Below, one piece after another: positions 1 through 8,878 of a stretch of DNA of 64,000 bases. The position numbers and the translations under genes are program-made. Within the stretch, counting starts at the first letter, position 1, and each line of letters opens with the position of its first letter. Below the pieces are notes generated by a model. It was given only the letters and a program-made list of their open reading frames with translations. It was not told the DNA's origin and searched no databases. Origin of the DNA: an uncultured Anaerolineales bacterium (lineage in GTDB: Bacteria > Chloroflexota > Anaerolineae > Anaerolineales > RBG-16-64-43); contig CAYGXJ010000120.1 of assembly GCA_964353865.1 (NCBI GenBank), positions 10,112 through 74,111 on the forward strand, read 5' to 3'.

Positions 1-863
1 GCCAAGACGTTGCCCAGCGTCATGGATGCAACCGACATGGCGACGACCACCCCCACCCAATAGGGTGCCACGGCCGGCGTGAACACGGTCAGCATAACGC
101 GCATGAGCACGGCGAACCCCGCGGCCTTGGAGGCTGTACTGATGAAGGCCGTAATGGGCGTTGGCGCTCCTTCGTAGACGTCCGGCGTCCAGAAGTGAAG
201 CGGGACTGCCGAAACCTTGAACCCAAAGCCGACTAGCACCAGCATGGCGGCCGCAACCCACAACACGCGCGGCATCGAACCCACGGCGATGGATTGAGCC
301 ACAGCCGCCAGGCGGGTTTCGCCGGTGAAACCGAACAGAAGGCTGAATCCGTAGAGCATGACGGTGGATGCGGCAGCACCGAAGAGGAAGTACTTGAGCC
401 CGGCCTCGGTTGAGCGTGTGTCGCGTTTGAGGTAGCCGGCGAGCAGATAGAGCGGAATCGATGTGGTTTCGATCGCCAGGTACAACATCACCAGGTCACC
501 GGCTGCGGCCATCAGGCACATGCCCAGGGTGGCGACCAGCATCAGAGCGTAGGCCTCACCGCGATCGGCCAGCCCTTCCACCCCCATCGCGAGGAGCGCC
601 GAAAGCATCGCCGCCGCCATGAGGATGACGCGGAAGGAGGCAGCCAGCGTGTCCACGCGCAGCATGCCGCCCAAGATTTCGCCGCCGGCCGGGCGCAGCG
701 CGGACCACACGGCCACGCCGAGCAGAATCGCGAGACCCGCGGCCGTGACCCACCCCAAAGATCGCCGCGCCACGCGGCGCAAAGTCATGTCCAGGCCAAT
801 GACGACTCCGGCCAGCGCCAGCAGCCCGATTTCGGGAAGAATGAATTGAAGCTCAAGAAACAC
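1..863 (-). CDS. nuoN: NADH-quinone oxidoreductase subunit N (5' part; runs off the window's left edge)
   Basis: Not in the ORF track; translated by hand. GTG at 863 follows GGAGG and gives MFLELQFILPEIGLL..., then the antiporter-like motifs GFGFKVSAVPLHFWTPDVYEGAP and STASKAAG. Lies downstream of nuoM. Confidence 0.92.
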   Translation of the reverse strand, partial: MFLELQFILPEIGLLALAGVVIGLDMTLRRVARRSLGWVTAAGLAILLGVAVWSALRPAGGEILGGMLRVDTLAASFRVILMAAAMLSALLAMGVEGLADRGEAYALMLVATLGMCLMAAAGDLVMLYLAIETTSIPLYLLAGYLKRDTRSTEAGLKYFLFGAAASTVMLYGFSLLFGFTGETRLAAVAQSIAVGSMPRVLWVAAAMLVLVGFGFKVSAVPLHFWTPDVYEGAPTPITAFISTASKAAGFAVLMRVMLTVFTPAVAPYWVGVVVAMSVASMTLGNVL

Positions 864-913
864 CCAGCACCTCCACGCCCGCCGGCCTTACCGCGCCGCG
901 CGCAGCACCTCGA

Positions 914-2386
914 TCAGGCGCCACCCAACAAGCGCATGACCGAGTTCACTCCCGAAGCCACCAGCGGCGCCATCCAGGCGGGGAACACACCCAGCGCGAT
1001 CAGAATGAAGGAGAGCACTCCCAGGGCCAGTTTGTCGAGCGGCGTCACGTCGCCGATGTGCCCCTCAAACTCCTCCGGCATCGGCCCGAAGAAGACGCGC
1101 CGCACGATGATCATGATGTAGGCCGCGGTCACAACAATGCCCAGCGCGGCGGCGATCGCCACGATCGGCTGCGCCGACCACACTCCCAGAAAGATCGGGA
1201 ACTCTGCAACGAATCCCGAAAGACCCGGCATGCCCATCGATACCAGCCCGCCCACGATAAACGCGATTGCCACCACGGGCATCTTGCGAGCGAAGCCGCC
1301 CAGCTTGGGGATGTCGCGCGTGTGCGCGCGGTCGTAGACCATGCCGACCACGGCAAAGAAGAGAGCCGTCATCACCCCGTGTGAGAACATCTGCAGGCCC
1401 GATCCGATGTAGCCCTCGCGCGAAAGCGAGGCGAAGCCGAGCATGACCAGGCCCATGTGCGAGACCGAGGAGAACCCAATGACGTACTTGAAGTCGGTCT
1501 GCACCATGGCAATCAGCGCGCCGTAAACCACATTGACCAGGGCCAGGAAGATGATCCACGGCAGATGCACCTTGGCACCTTCGGGCAGCAGCATGATGGC
1601 CACGCGCAGCGCGGCAAATGCCCCCAGCTTCATCAACACCCCGGCGTGGAACATCGAGACTGCGGTGGGCGCCGCGACGTGGCCGTCGGGGCTCCAGTTG
1701 TGGAAGGGGAACAGGCCGCCCAGCACGCCGAACCCGAAGAAGACCACGGGGAACCAGATGCGCTGGAAGGCACCCGAGAACCCTGCCCGCTCCAGTTCAA
1801 GCATGTCGAATGTGTGCAGGCCCGAAGCGAAGAACATCGCCAGCGCGCCGACTAGCGCGACCACCGAGCCGATGAACAAGTACAAGGTCAGCTTCATCGC
1901 CGCGTACTCGCGCGTCTTCTGCCAGCCCCAAATCGCGATGAGCAGGTACATTGGGAAGACCGCGATCTCGTAGAAGAAGAACAGCTGGAAGAGGTCGAGC
2001 GAGACGAAGACCCCGAACACTCCGGTGGCCAGGATGAATAAGAAGCCGAAGAATTCGCGCGGCCGGTCATCTACGCCCCACGAAATGAGCACCCCGGTGA
2101 ACATCACCACTCCGGTGAGCAGCACCAGCGGCAGGCTCAGACCGTCCACCCCGATGTGATAGGAGATGCCCCAGGCGGGCAGCCAAGGGATCTTCTGCAC
2201 CATCTGGTAGCCGCCCTGCGGGATGTCGTAGGAAAAGTAGGCGACCACTGACAGCAGCAGGGCCACGGCCGAGGCCAGCAGGGCCACACCGCGAATCCAC
2301 CCTTTGCGTTCGGCCGGCAGGAGCAGGATGATCACCCCTGCCACGATCGGCGTGAATACGATAATGCTCAAGATCGGAAAGGTCAT
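914..2386 (-). CDS. nuoM: NADH-quinone oxidoreductase subunit M, second copy (M2)
   Basis: 490-aa polytopic protein with YEIAVFPMY, HNWSPDGHVAAP, GVLMKLG, SSVSHMG and GMPGLSGFVAEF. The TM7 Lys is absent (see findings). Confidence 0.93.
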   Translation of the reverse strand: MTFPILSIIVFTPIVAGVIILLLPAERKGWIRGVALLASAVALLLSVVAYFSYDIPQGGYQMVQKIPWLPAWGISYHIGVDGLSLPLVLLTGVVMFTGVLISWGVDDRPREFFGFLFILATGVFGVFVSLDLFQLFFFYEIAVFPMYLLIAIWGWQKTREYAAMKLTLYLFIGSVVALVGALAMFFASGLHTFDMLELERAGFSGAFQRIWFPVVFFGFGVLGGLFPFHNWSPDGHVAAPTAVSMFHAGVLMKLGAFAALRVAIMLLPEGAKVHLPWIIFLALVNVVYGALIAMVQTDFKYVIGFSSVSHMGLVMLGFASLSREGYIGSGLQMFSHGVMTALFFAVVGMVYDRAHTRDIPKLGGFARKMPVVAIAFIVGGLVSMGMPGLSGFVAEFPIFLGVWSAQPIVAIAAALGIVVTAAYIMIIVRRVFFGPMPEEFEGHIGDVTPLDKLALGVLSFILIALGVFPAWMAPLVASGVNSVMRLLGGA

Positions 2387-2446
2387 GCACCCACCTCACT
2401 GCCCGCCAGGCCATCGAACGGAGGCATAGACTGGGCCTTTGCGCCT

Positions 2447-3967
2447 CTATCCAAAGAGCCGCGACACGGCGGCATTGATGACGTTCAGTAGCCACGCCGG
2501 CCAGATGCCGATGACGAGCATAAGCACCATGAGCGGCGCAATGACCACCACTTCGCGCGGGGCGATTTCGAGCGCCGTTTCCTTCCAGCGCGCATTGACC
2601 GGCCCATGCAGCACCTTCTGGATCGCCTTGAGCACATAGGCCCCAGTAAGCAGCAGGCCGAGCATCGCCACCGCGGTGAACACGGGGAAGATGGGCCAAC
2701 TGCCCCGCACCACCAGGAATTCCGAGACGAACCCGCCCAGCCCCGGCAGGCCGAGCGAGCTCATCGAAGTGAAGATCAAGATGCCGCCGTAGATCGGCGC
2801 CAGAGGGAAGAGGCCGCCATAATCGTTGAGCTCGCGCGTGTGGGTTCGCTCGTAGAGCACCCCCACCAGGAAGAACATGCCGGCTGCGCTCAGGCCGTGA
2901 TTGAACATCTGCAACACCGCGCCGTTCATCGCGATGACCGCATCGGCTGCGGAGGCCGTCCCGCGCGCCCAGGCTGCGGCCGCAATGCCCAGCACCACAA
3001 AGCCCATATGATTGACCGAGGAGTAGGCGACCAGGCGCTTGAAATCAGTCTGACCCCAGGAGGCGAAGGCGCCGAAAACAATGGCCGCAACGGCAAGCAC
3101 GGCCAGCACCCAGGCGAAGGCTTGCGCCTGCGCCGGGTAGAGCGGCAGTACCAGGCGCAGGAAACCATAGGCGCCAAGTTTGAGCAGCACCCCAGCCAGA
3201 ATCATCGAACCGGCGGTGGGCGCCTCAGTGTGCGCGTCCGGCAGCCAGGTGTGGAACGGCCACACGGGCACCTTGATGGCAAAGGCGATCGTGAAGGCCC
3301 AGAAGGCGATGGTCTTGACCGTGCCGATGGGCAGCCCGAAAAGCGATTGGTCAAGCGTCGGCCACCGTTCGTAGAGCACGGGCAGGTCGAATGTGCCCAC
3401 GACCATCCGCAGCATCTGAATGGCCAGCAGCAGGCCCAGGGAGCCGCCCATGGTGTAGATGAGGAACTTAAGCGAGGCGTAATCGCGGTTCTTGCTGCCC
3501 CATTGGTTGATCAGAAAGTACATCGGCACCAGCCCGACTTCCCAGAATACGAAGAACAGCAGGAGGTCGAGCGAGAGGAAGACGCCCAGCATGCCCGTTT
3601 CGAGAAGCAGGAACAGCGCCAGGAACACTCGCACTCGTTCCTGAATGCTGAAGGCGGCCAAGATGCACAGCGGCGTGAGCAGCGTCGTCAGGAGCACCAT
3701 CGGCAGCGAAAGCCCATCCAAGCCGAGGTGGTAATTGGAGCCGATAGAGGTGTACCAGCCGGCCAACTCTTCGAACTGGAACCCACCCGCGAACATGTCG
3801 AAGCGCATCCACGCCACGAGCGAGAGGGCCAGCGGGACCAGGCTGGCGAGGAGCGCCAGGGAGCGCAGCAGTTTCGGTTGCGCGTTAGGCAGCAGCAGGA
3901 CGAGCGCTGCCGCGACCGTTGGGGTGAAGAGGATGAGCGAGAGAAGATGCGTATTGATGAAATCCAT
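2447..3967 (-). CDS. nuoM: NADH-quinone oxidoreductase subunit M, first copy (M1)
   Basis: 506 aa with canonical WEVGLVPMY, AIKVPVWPFHTWLPDAHTEAP, LLKLGAYG and GLPGLGGFVSEF. Confidence 0.95.
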   Translation of the reverse strand: MDFINTHLLSLILFTPTVAAALVLLLPNAQPKLLRSLALLASLVPLALSLVAWMRFDMFAGGFQFEELAGWYTSIGSNYHLGLDGLSLPMVLLTTLLTPLCILAAFSIQERVRVFLALFLLLETGMLGVFLSLDLLLFFVFWEVGLVPMYFLINQWGSKNRDYASLKFLIYTMGGSLGLLLAIQMLRMVVGTFDLPVLYERWPTLDQSLFGLPIGTVKTIAFWAFTIAFAIKVPVWPFHTWLPDAHTEAPTAGSMILAGVLLKLGAYGFLRLVLPLYPAQAQAFAWVLAVLAVAAIVFGAFASWGQTDFKRLVAYSSVNHMGFVVLGIAAAAWARGTASAADAVIAMNGAVLQMFNHGLSAAGMFFLVGVLYERTHTRELNDYGGLFPLAPIYGGILIFTSMSSLGLPGLGGFVSEFLVVRGSWPIFPVFTAVAMLGLLLTGAYVLKAIQKVLHGPVNARWKETALEIAPREVVVIAPLMVLMLVIGIWPAWLLNVINAAVSRLFG

Positions 3968-3997
3968 GACACCCGCTCCAGGTCGGGTCGGGCCGGC

Positions 3998-6175
3998 CTA
4001 CGGCCGGAGCGCGCTCAGGTAGAAGAGCAGTGCGCCCACAACCACCACATTGACCAGGCCAATGAGCAAGTATTGCTGGACTCGGCCGGTCTGTAGCACG
4101 CGCAGAGAACGGCCGGCGCGCTTGGTGCTTTCGCCCACCAAATCGCCGAAGCCATTGATGATGGGCAGGTCGATTGCCCGCCGGAAGAAGGAGCCGAGCG
4201 CGCCGGCCAGGCGGCCGATGCCGTGCAAGACGCCGTCGATCAGCCCGCGATCCATCCACTGGTAAACGAACGTCTCACCAAACCAGCGCAATGGGCGAAC
4301 CAGAATCACATCGTAGAGCTCATCAAAGTAGTACTTGTTCTTCAAGAGGGTATGCACCGGGCCCAGCGCGCGCGCCAGCGGATCCGGCGCACCCGCCGGC
4401 ACGCGGCGGTACACCAGCCAGCCCAGCCCCAGACCGGTGAGTGCGACGCCGATCGAGGTGAGCAGCGGCACGGCCGAGAAGGCAACCGCCTCCGGCGCCT
4501 CGCCCAGCGTGCTGCCGACGAATTCGTGGAACCAGTTGGGCACGACACCGCCCAGCCCGGGGAAGTGCTCGGGGATGCCTACCCACCCGGCGGCGATGGC
4601 AAAGACCGACAAGAGCACGAGCGGCGCGGTCATCGTCCATACCGATTCATGAGCGTGGCGCGCAGCCTCGGTGCGGGGCTCGCCCAGGAAGGTGAGCGTA
4701 ATCTGGCGCCCGGTGTAGAAGGCGGTGAGCAGTGCCGAGAGCGCCAGGGTAATGAACATGACCAGCTGTCCATGGCCGAAGGCGTCTGCCAGGATTTCGT
4801 CTTTCGACCAGAAGCCCGCGGTGATCAAGGGGAAGCCCGAAAGCGCGAGGCCGCCAATGAGGAACGTGGCGAAGGTAATGGGCATTCGCCGCCGCAACCC
4901 GCCCATGTTGAACATGTCTTGCGCATCGACGTGGTGGTCGCCCGTGTGGAAGACGCCATGCTCGACGCCGTGAATGACCGATCCTGAGCCCAGGAACAGC
5001 AGCGCCTTGAAGAATGCGTGGGTCAACAAGTGGAAGGCAGCGGCGACGTAAGCGCCGATGCCCACCGCCGCCACCATGTAGCCCAGCTGGGAGATGGTGG
5101 AATAGGCTAGCACGCGCTTGATATCGTTTTGTGCCAGGGCGATTGTGGCGGCGAACATTGCGCTGAACGCGCCGATAAACGCGATGAGGCTGAGGGTGAT
5201 CGAGCTGCCGTGCTCCAGCCCGGCCGTGAGCAGCGGAAAGCAGCGCAGGATGAGATACACACCAGCCGAGACCATGGTGGCCGCATGGATGAGCGCCGAG
5301 ACCGGCGTCGGCCCCTCCATCGCATCCGGCAGCCAAACATGCAAAGGCCACTGGGCCGATTTGCCGACCGTGCCCATGAAGAGCAGCAGCCCGGCCAGCG
5401 CAGCCATCGACAGGCCCGGGATGTAGGACCGGGTCTCGACGAGGCGGGCAAGCACTTCGTGCGAGAACAGTGTGCGATATGAGAGCGTTCCGGTCTGCGC
5501 GTAGAGCGTCGCCAGGCCCAGCAGCATGAAGACATCGCCGACGCGCGTCGTGAGGAAGGCCTTCACCGCGGCCCGCTTGGCGCTGTCCTTTCCATACCAG
5601 AACCCGATCAGCAGGTACGAACACAAGCCCATGATCTCCCACCCGACGAACAGGGTGAGCAGATTATCGGAAACCACCAGGAGCAGCATACCGAAGGCAA
5701 AAAGCGAGATAAAGGCGAAGAAGCGCGAATACAGCGGCTCCACGGAAGCCACGCTGTGCTCGTGACCGCTGGTGTCCACCGAGCGCGCCCCGTGCGGCGG
5801 CAACCCGGGCGTATCGTGCTCGCCGCGCGGCTGCCCGAAGTTGTGATAGCCCACACTGTAGACGAAGATCGCCAGAAGGGTCCAGGCGACAAAGAAGAGC
5901 GTCACCGCGCCCAGTGGGTCAATCAGCGTGCCGACGGAGAAGACCGTGCTGCCGGATGGGAACCACGGGATGGAGGACTGGATGGGGTGCTCGGCCAGAC
6001 CCTCGGTGCGCAGCGCACCTGCAAAGACGATCATCGCCAAGAGCCAAGAAACCGCCAAGAGGCCGATGGCCAGCGTGTGACTCAACCTGCGATGGGAACG
6101 GGTGAAGATCAGGATGACCAAGAAGGCCACCAGCGGGGGCAGCGGGATCAGCCAGAGCAATGGTTCAAGCGGCAT
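3998..6175 (-). CDS. nuoL: NADH-quinone oxidoreductase subunit L, with lengthened C-terminal amphipathic helix
   Basis: 725 aa with WEIMGLCSYLLIGF, GKSAQWPLHVWLPDAMEGPTPVSALIHAATMV, THAFFKALLFL and NKYYFDELY...QTGRVQQY. Confidence 0.96.
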   Translation of the reverse strand: MPLEPLLWLIPLPPLVAFLVILIFTRSHRRLSHTLAIGLLAVSWLLAMIVFAGALRTEGLAEHPIQSSIPWFPSGSTVFSVGTLIDPLGAVTLFFVAWTLLAIFVYSVGYHNFGQPRGEHDTPGLPPHGARSVDTSGHEHSVASVEPLYSRFFAFISLFAFGMLLLVVSDNLLTLFVGWEIMGLCSYLLIGFWYGKDSAKRAAVKAFLTTRVGDVFMLLGLATLYAQTGTLSYRTLFSHEVLARLVETRSYIPGLSMAALAGLLLFMGTVGKSAQWPLHVWLPDAMEGPTPVSALIHAATMVSAGVYLILRCFPLLTAGLEHGSSITLSLIAFIGAFSAMFAATIALAQNDIKRVLAYSTISQLGYMVAAVGIGAYVAAAFHLLTHAFFKALLFLGSGSVIHGVEHGVFHTGDHHVDAQDMFNMGGLRRRMPITFATFLIGGLALSGFPLITAGFWSKDEILADAFGHGQLVMFITLALSALLTAFYTGRQITLTFLGEPRTEAARHAHESVWTMTAPLVLLSVFAIAAGWVGIPEHFPGLGGVVPNWFHEFVGSTLGEAPEAVAFSAVPLLTSIGVALTGLGLGWLVYRRVPAGAPDPLARALGPVHTLLKNKYYFDELYDVILVRPLRWFGETFVYQWMDRGLIDGVLHGIGRLAGALGSFFRRAIDLPIINGFGDLVGESTKRAGRSLRVLQTGRVQQYLLIGLVNVVVVGALLFYLSALRP

Positions 6176-6238
6176 AGCGTCCTCGGCAAGAAGTGTTCAC
6201 CCACAACTGCGTGGCACGTTCCATCTCGGCGGGCAGCC

Positions 6239-6547
6239 TCAGCCGCGCAAAAGATCGGCTTCGTCGGCCACCACCGTGCGCTTAAGCCGATACAGCGAGA
6301 TGATGAGCGCGAGCCCCACTGCCGCCTCGGCGGCGGCGACCGCGAAAACCATCACCGCAAATACCTGGCCGCTCATGCGAGCCGGCTCCAGATAGCGCCA
6401 GAAGGCGACCAAGTTAAGATTGACCGCATTGAGCATGAGCTCGATGCCCATCAGAATCGCCACCGAGTTGCGGCGCGCCAGGACCCCGTACAGCCCGAGG
6501 CAAAACAGCGCCGCCGCGACAATCAGATACCAGGAAAGTGGCACCAT
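6239..6547 (-). CDS. nuoK: NADH-quinone oxidoreductase subunit K
   Basis: Start re-called to the ATG at 6547 (GGAGG upstream). RRN...MGIELMLNAVNLN and VAAAEAAVGLAL motifs. Confidence 0.95.
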   Translation of the reverse strand: MVPLSWYLIVAAALFCLGLYGVLARRNSVAILMGIELMLNAVNLNLVAFWRYLEPARMSGQVFAVMVFAVAAAEAAVGLALIISLYRLKRTVVADEADLLRG

Positions 6548-6594
6548 GTGTTCCTCACCTCCGGCGAACGGGCCAACAAGTCTCCCGCACAGCA

Positions 6595-7101
6595 CTAGCG
6601 AGAGTCACCGGCGATGACAATCGCCCCAACCAGCGCCGCCAGCAGCAACACCGACGCAACCTCGAATGGCAGCATGTATTGCTCGGGCGAGAGCAGCGCC
6701 TGGCCAAGCAGCAACACCGGATCCTCGCCAGCCAGCGCCGGTGGCGTGGCGCTCGTGCCGGGCAGCGAACCCAGCAGCCAGGCCAGCCCGGCGAAGAGCG
6801 ACATCGCCAACAGCGCAGGCAGCGGCCACCAGCGATGGGTGTGCTGCCCCCGCTCACGCATCTCGCGCCGGGTGAGCATGATGGCAAAGATGATCAGCGT
6901 GGCAATCGCGCCCACGTAGATCACCACCTGCACCACCGCCATGAAGCCGGCCTCCAGCACCGCAAACAGCGCCGCCACGCCGAACAAAGAGAGGATGAGC
7001 CACAGGGCAGCATGCACGATGTTGCGGCTGACGACAACCAGGGCGGCCGACACCAGCACGACGGCGGAAATCACCACGAAGATGACTCGGGCAATCGTCA
7101 T
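6595..7101 (-). CDS. nuoJ: NADH-quinone oxidoreductase subunit J
   Basis: Start re-called to the ATG at 7101 (AGGAG upstream). NIVHAALWL, QVVIYVGAIATL and YMLPFEVASVLLLAALVGAI motifs. Confidence 0.94.
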   Translation of the reverse strand: MTIARVIFVVISAVVLVSAALVVVSRNIVHAALWLILSLFGVAALFAVLEAGFMAVVQVVIYVGAIATLIIFAIMLTRREMRERGQHTHRWWPLPALLAMSLFAGLAWLLGSLPGTSATPPALAGEDPVLLLGQALLSPEQYMLPFEVASVLLLAALVGAIVIAGDSR

Positions 7102-7109
7102 CGTCACTC

Positions 7110-8309
7110 CTAACGCCTCAAGGCCGCCGGCGCCGGCGTAGCGGTGGAAGCCGCGCGCATCCGCGCTGACCGTCCGCGCATCCCGAGAATGGTGAGCACC
7201 AGGGCGGCCAGGAACACGTTCGCGCCCAGAAGCGCCGCGTTGCGCAGCCACAGGGAACTCTCGCTGAGCCCGCGGTTAACCACCGCCAGCAGCGGGATAA
7301 GGAACAGGCCGAGCGGCGTGAGCAGCTTCCAATTGAAGTCCAGCATCTGGTCGATGCGGATGCGCGGGAAGGTGGCCCGTGCCCAGACGAAGATGAAGTA
7401 GACGAAAGTCCCCTTGAGGATGAGGTACACGGCACCCAGCGCGGGGTAGGTCTCCGCGCCCGGGCCCGTCCATCCGCCCAGAAAGAGCGTGGCTCCCAAA
7501 AGGCCCATCGTGAACGAGTGCAGGAATTCGCCGACAAAGAAGAAGCCGAACTTCATCCCCGAGTATTCGATGTTGAAGCCGGCCACGATTTCCGACTCGG
7601 CTTCCAGCAGGTCGAAGGGCGCACGGCTAACTTCCGCCTGGGAGGCGATGAGGAAGAGCAGCGCAGCCAGCGGTGCCGAGAAGACAAACCACACCTCGCG
7701 CTGTGCGGCGACGATGCCGTTCAATCCCAATGAGCCCGAAAGCAGGACCGGCACCAGCAACGAGAGCACCAGCGGCACTTCGTAGGAGATCATTTGCGCC
7801 ACCGTGCGGAATGCACCCAGCAGCGCGTACTTGTTGTTGGCCGACCACCCGGCCAGCATAATGGCCAGAGTCGAGAGAGTGCCCACGGCCACCAGATACA
7901 GGACTCCGACATTCAAGTCCACGCCGAACGCGTTCGTGGCGAAGGGGATGACCGCCCACAAGCCCAGCACACCGGCGACGGCGAGCACCGGGGCCAGGGC
8001 GAAGACGACGCGATCTGCGCCCAGCGGGGTGATATCCTCTTTGGTGAAGATCTTAACCATGTCCGCGAAGACCTGGAGCAGACCGAACGGCCCGACGCGG
8101 TTCGGTCCCATCCGGTCCTGCAAACGCGCGATCCACTTGCGCTCGAGCCAGATGAGCGGGACGGCGGTGAGCAAGGCGAGCAGCGGAAGCAGGGCCGCAA
8201 CCAGCGCCGAGAACGCCCCGCGCGCGGCGCTCTGGCTTAGCCCGGCGCGCATGAGCAGGCCCTGCAGCCACATCCCTAGCGTATAGAAGAAGTCACCCAG
8301 GTTGACCAT
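7110..8309 (-). CDS. nuoH: NADH-quinone oxidoreductase subunit H
   Basis: WLERKWIARLQDRMGPNRVGPFG, KEDITP, NNKYALLGAFR...QMISYE, RAPFDLLEAESE and RIRIDQ motifs. Confidence 0.96.
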   Translation of the reverse strand: MVNLGDFFYTLGMWLQGLLMRAGLSQSAARGAFSALVAALLPLLALLTAVPLIWLERKWIARLQDRMGPNRVGPFGLLQVFADMVKIFTKEDITPLGADRVVFALAPVLAVAGVLGLWAVIPFATNAFGVDLNVGVLYLVAVGTLSTLAIMLAGWSANNKYALLGAFRTVAQMISYEVPLVLSLLVPVLLSGSLGLNGIVAAQREVWFVFSAPLAALLFLIASQAEVSRAPFDLLEAESEIVAGFNIEYSGMKFGFFFVGEFLHSFTMGLLGATLFLGGWTGPGAETYPALGAVYLILKGTFVYFIFVWARATFPRIRIDQMLDFNWKLLTPLGLFLIPLLAVVNRGLSESSLWLRNAALLGANVFLAALVLTILGMRGRSARMRAASTATPAPAALRR

Positions 8310-8335
8310 GCGTGCTTCACCTACTAACAGAAAAT

Positions 8336-8362
8336 CGCCTATCGTGCTCTTGACGATAGGCG
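8336..8362 (-). terminator. Intrinsic-terminator-like hairpin between nuoA and nuoH
   Basis: Perfect 10-bp inverted repeat CGCCTATCGT-N7-ACGATAGGCG, followed on the minus strand by ATTTTCTGTT. Confidence 0.55.
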
Positions 8363-8384
8363 CGGGACGACGGACGGATTGCGT

Positions 8385-8741
8385 CTACTGCCACTCCAGG
8401 GCACCTTTACGCCATGCGTAGAGCAGGCCGACCGCTAGGATAAGGATGAAGAGCGCACCCTCGAGGGTGGCAAAGAGGGGCAGCTGGCCGTAGGCCCGCG
8501 CCCACGGGTAAAGGAATACGACTTCCACGTCGAAGACGACAAAGGCAAGGGCATAGACGTAGTATTGGGCCTTGAATTGCACCCAGCTCTCGCCCACCGT
8601 CTCGACACCGCATTCGTACGTTTGTTGCTTGATCGGGCTGGGTTTCTTCGGACCGAGCAGCCGCGCCATGATCAAAGCCGCCCCCGGCAGTACGATGGCT
8701 ACGATCATGAAGATGCCGACCACCGACCACGCGTTATCCAT
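8385..8741 (-). CDS. nuoA: NADH-quinone oxidoreductase subunit A
   Basis: Start re-called to the ATG at 8741. TYECGVE and [22 protein letters not shown] motifs; ends KGALEWQ. Confidence 0.95.
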   Translation of the reverse strand: MDNAWSVVGIFMIVAIVLPGAALIMARLLGPKKPSPIKQQTYECGVETVGESWVQFKAQYYVYALAFVVFDVEVVFLYPWARAYGQLPLFATLEGALFILILAVGLLYAWRKGALEWQ

Positions 8742-8849
8742 CACCGACTGCCTCGCCAACGAAGAGATGCGTTCGATCCGCCAGGCGACCATTGCAGTGC
8801 GTCATCAAGGGTCAAAGAGGAGGCGCGCCCCAGGGGGACAGCGCGCCAG

Positions 8850-8878
8850 ATAGTATCATGCAGGCAGAGAGTTGTCAA
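8850..8878 (-). promoter_or_regulatory. Sigma70/SigA-type promoter of the nuo operon
   Basis: Minus strand reads TTGACA-17 nt-TACTAT with an extended -10 TG (TGATACTAT), about 110 nt upstream of the nuoA start. Confidence 0.8.

Noticed and set aside
2606-4096. Long opposite-strand ORFs (also 16511-17716, 29601-31265, 23554-25014, 60541-62637 and others)
   Set aside because: These are antisense shadows of well-supported genes, expected in high-GC DNA. They are Arg/His/Gln-rich with no recognisable motifs.
8350-8355. TTGACG as a plus-strand -35 element
   Set aside because: There is no matching -10 or downstream plus-strand gene; it is part of the inverted repeat.
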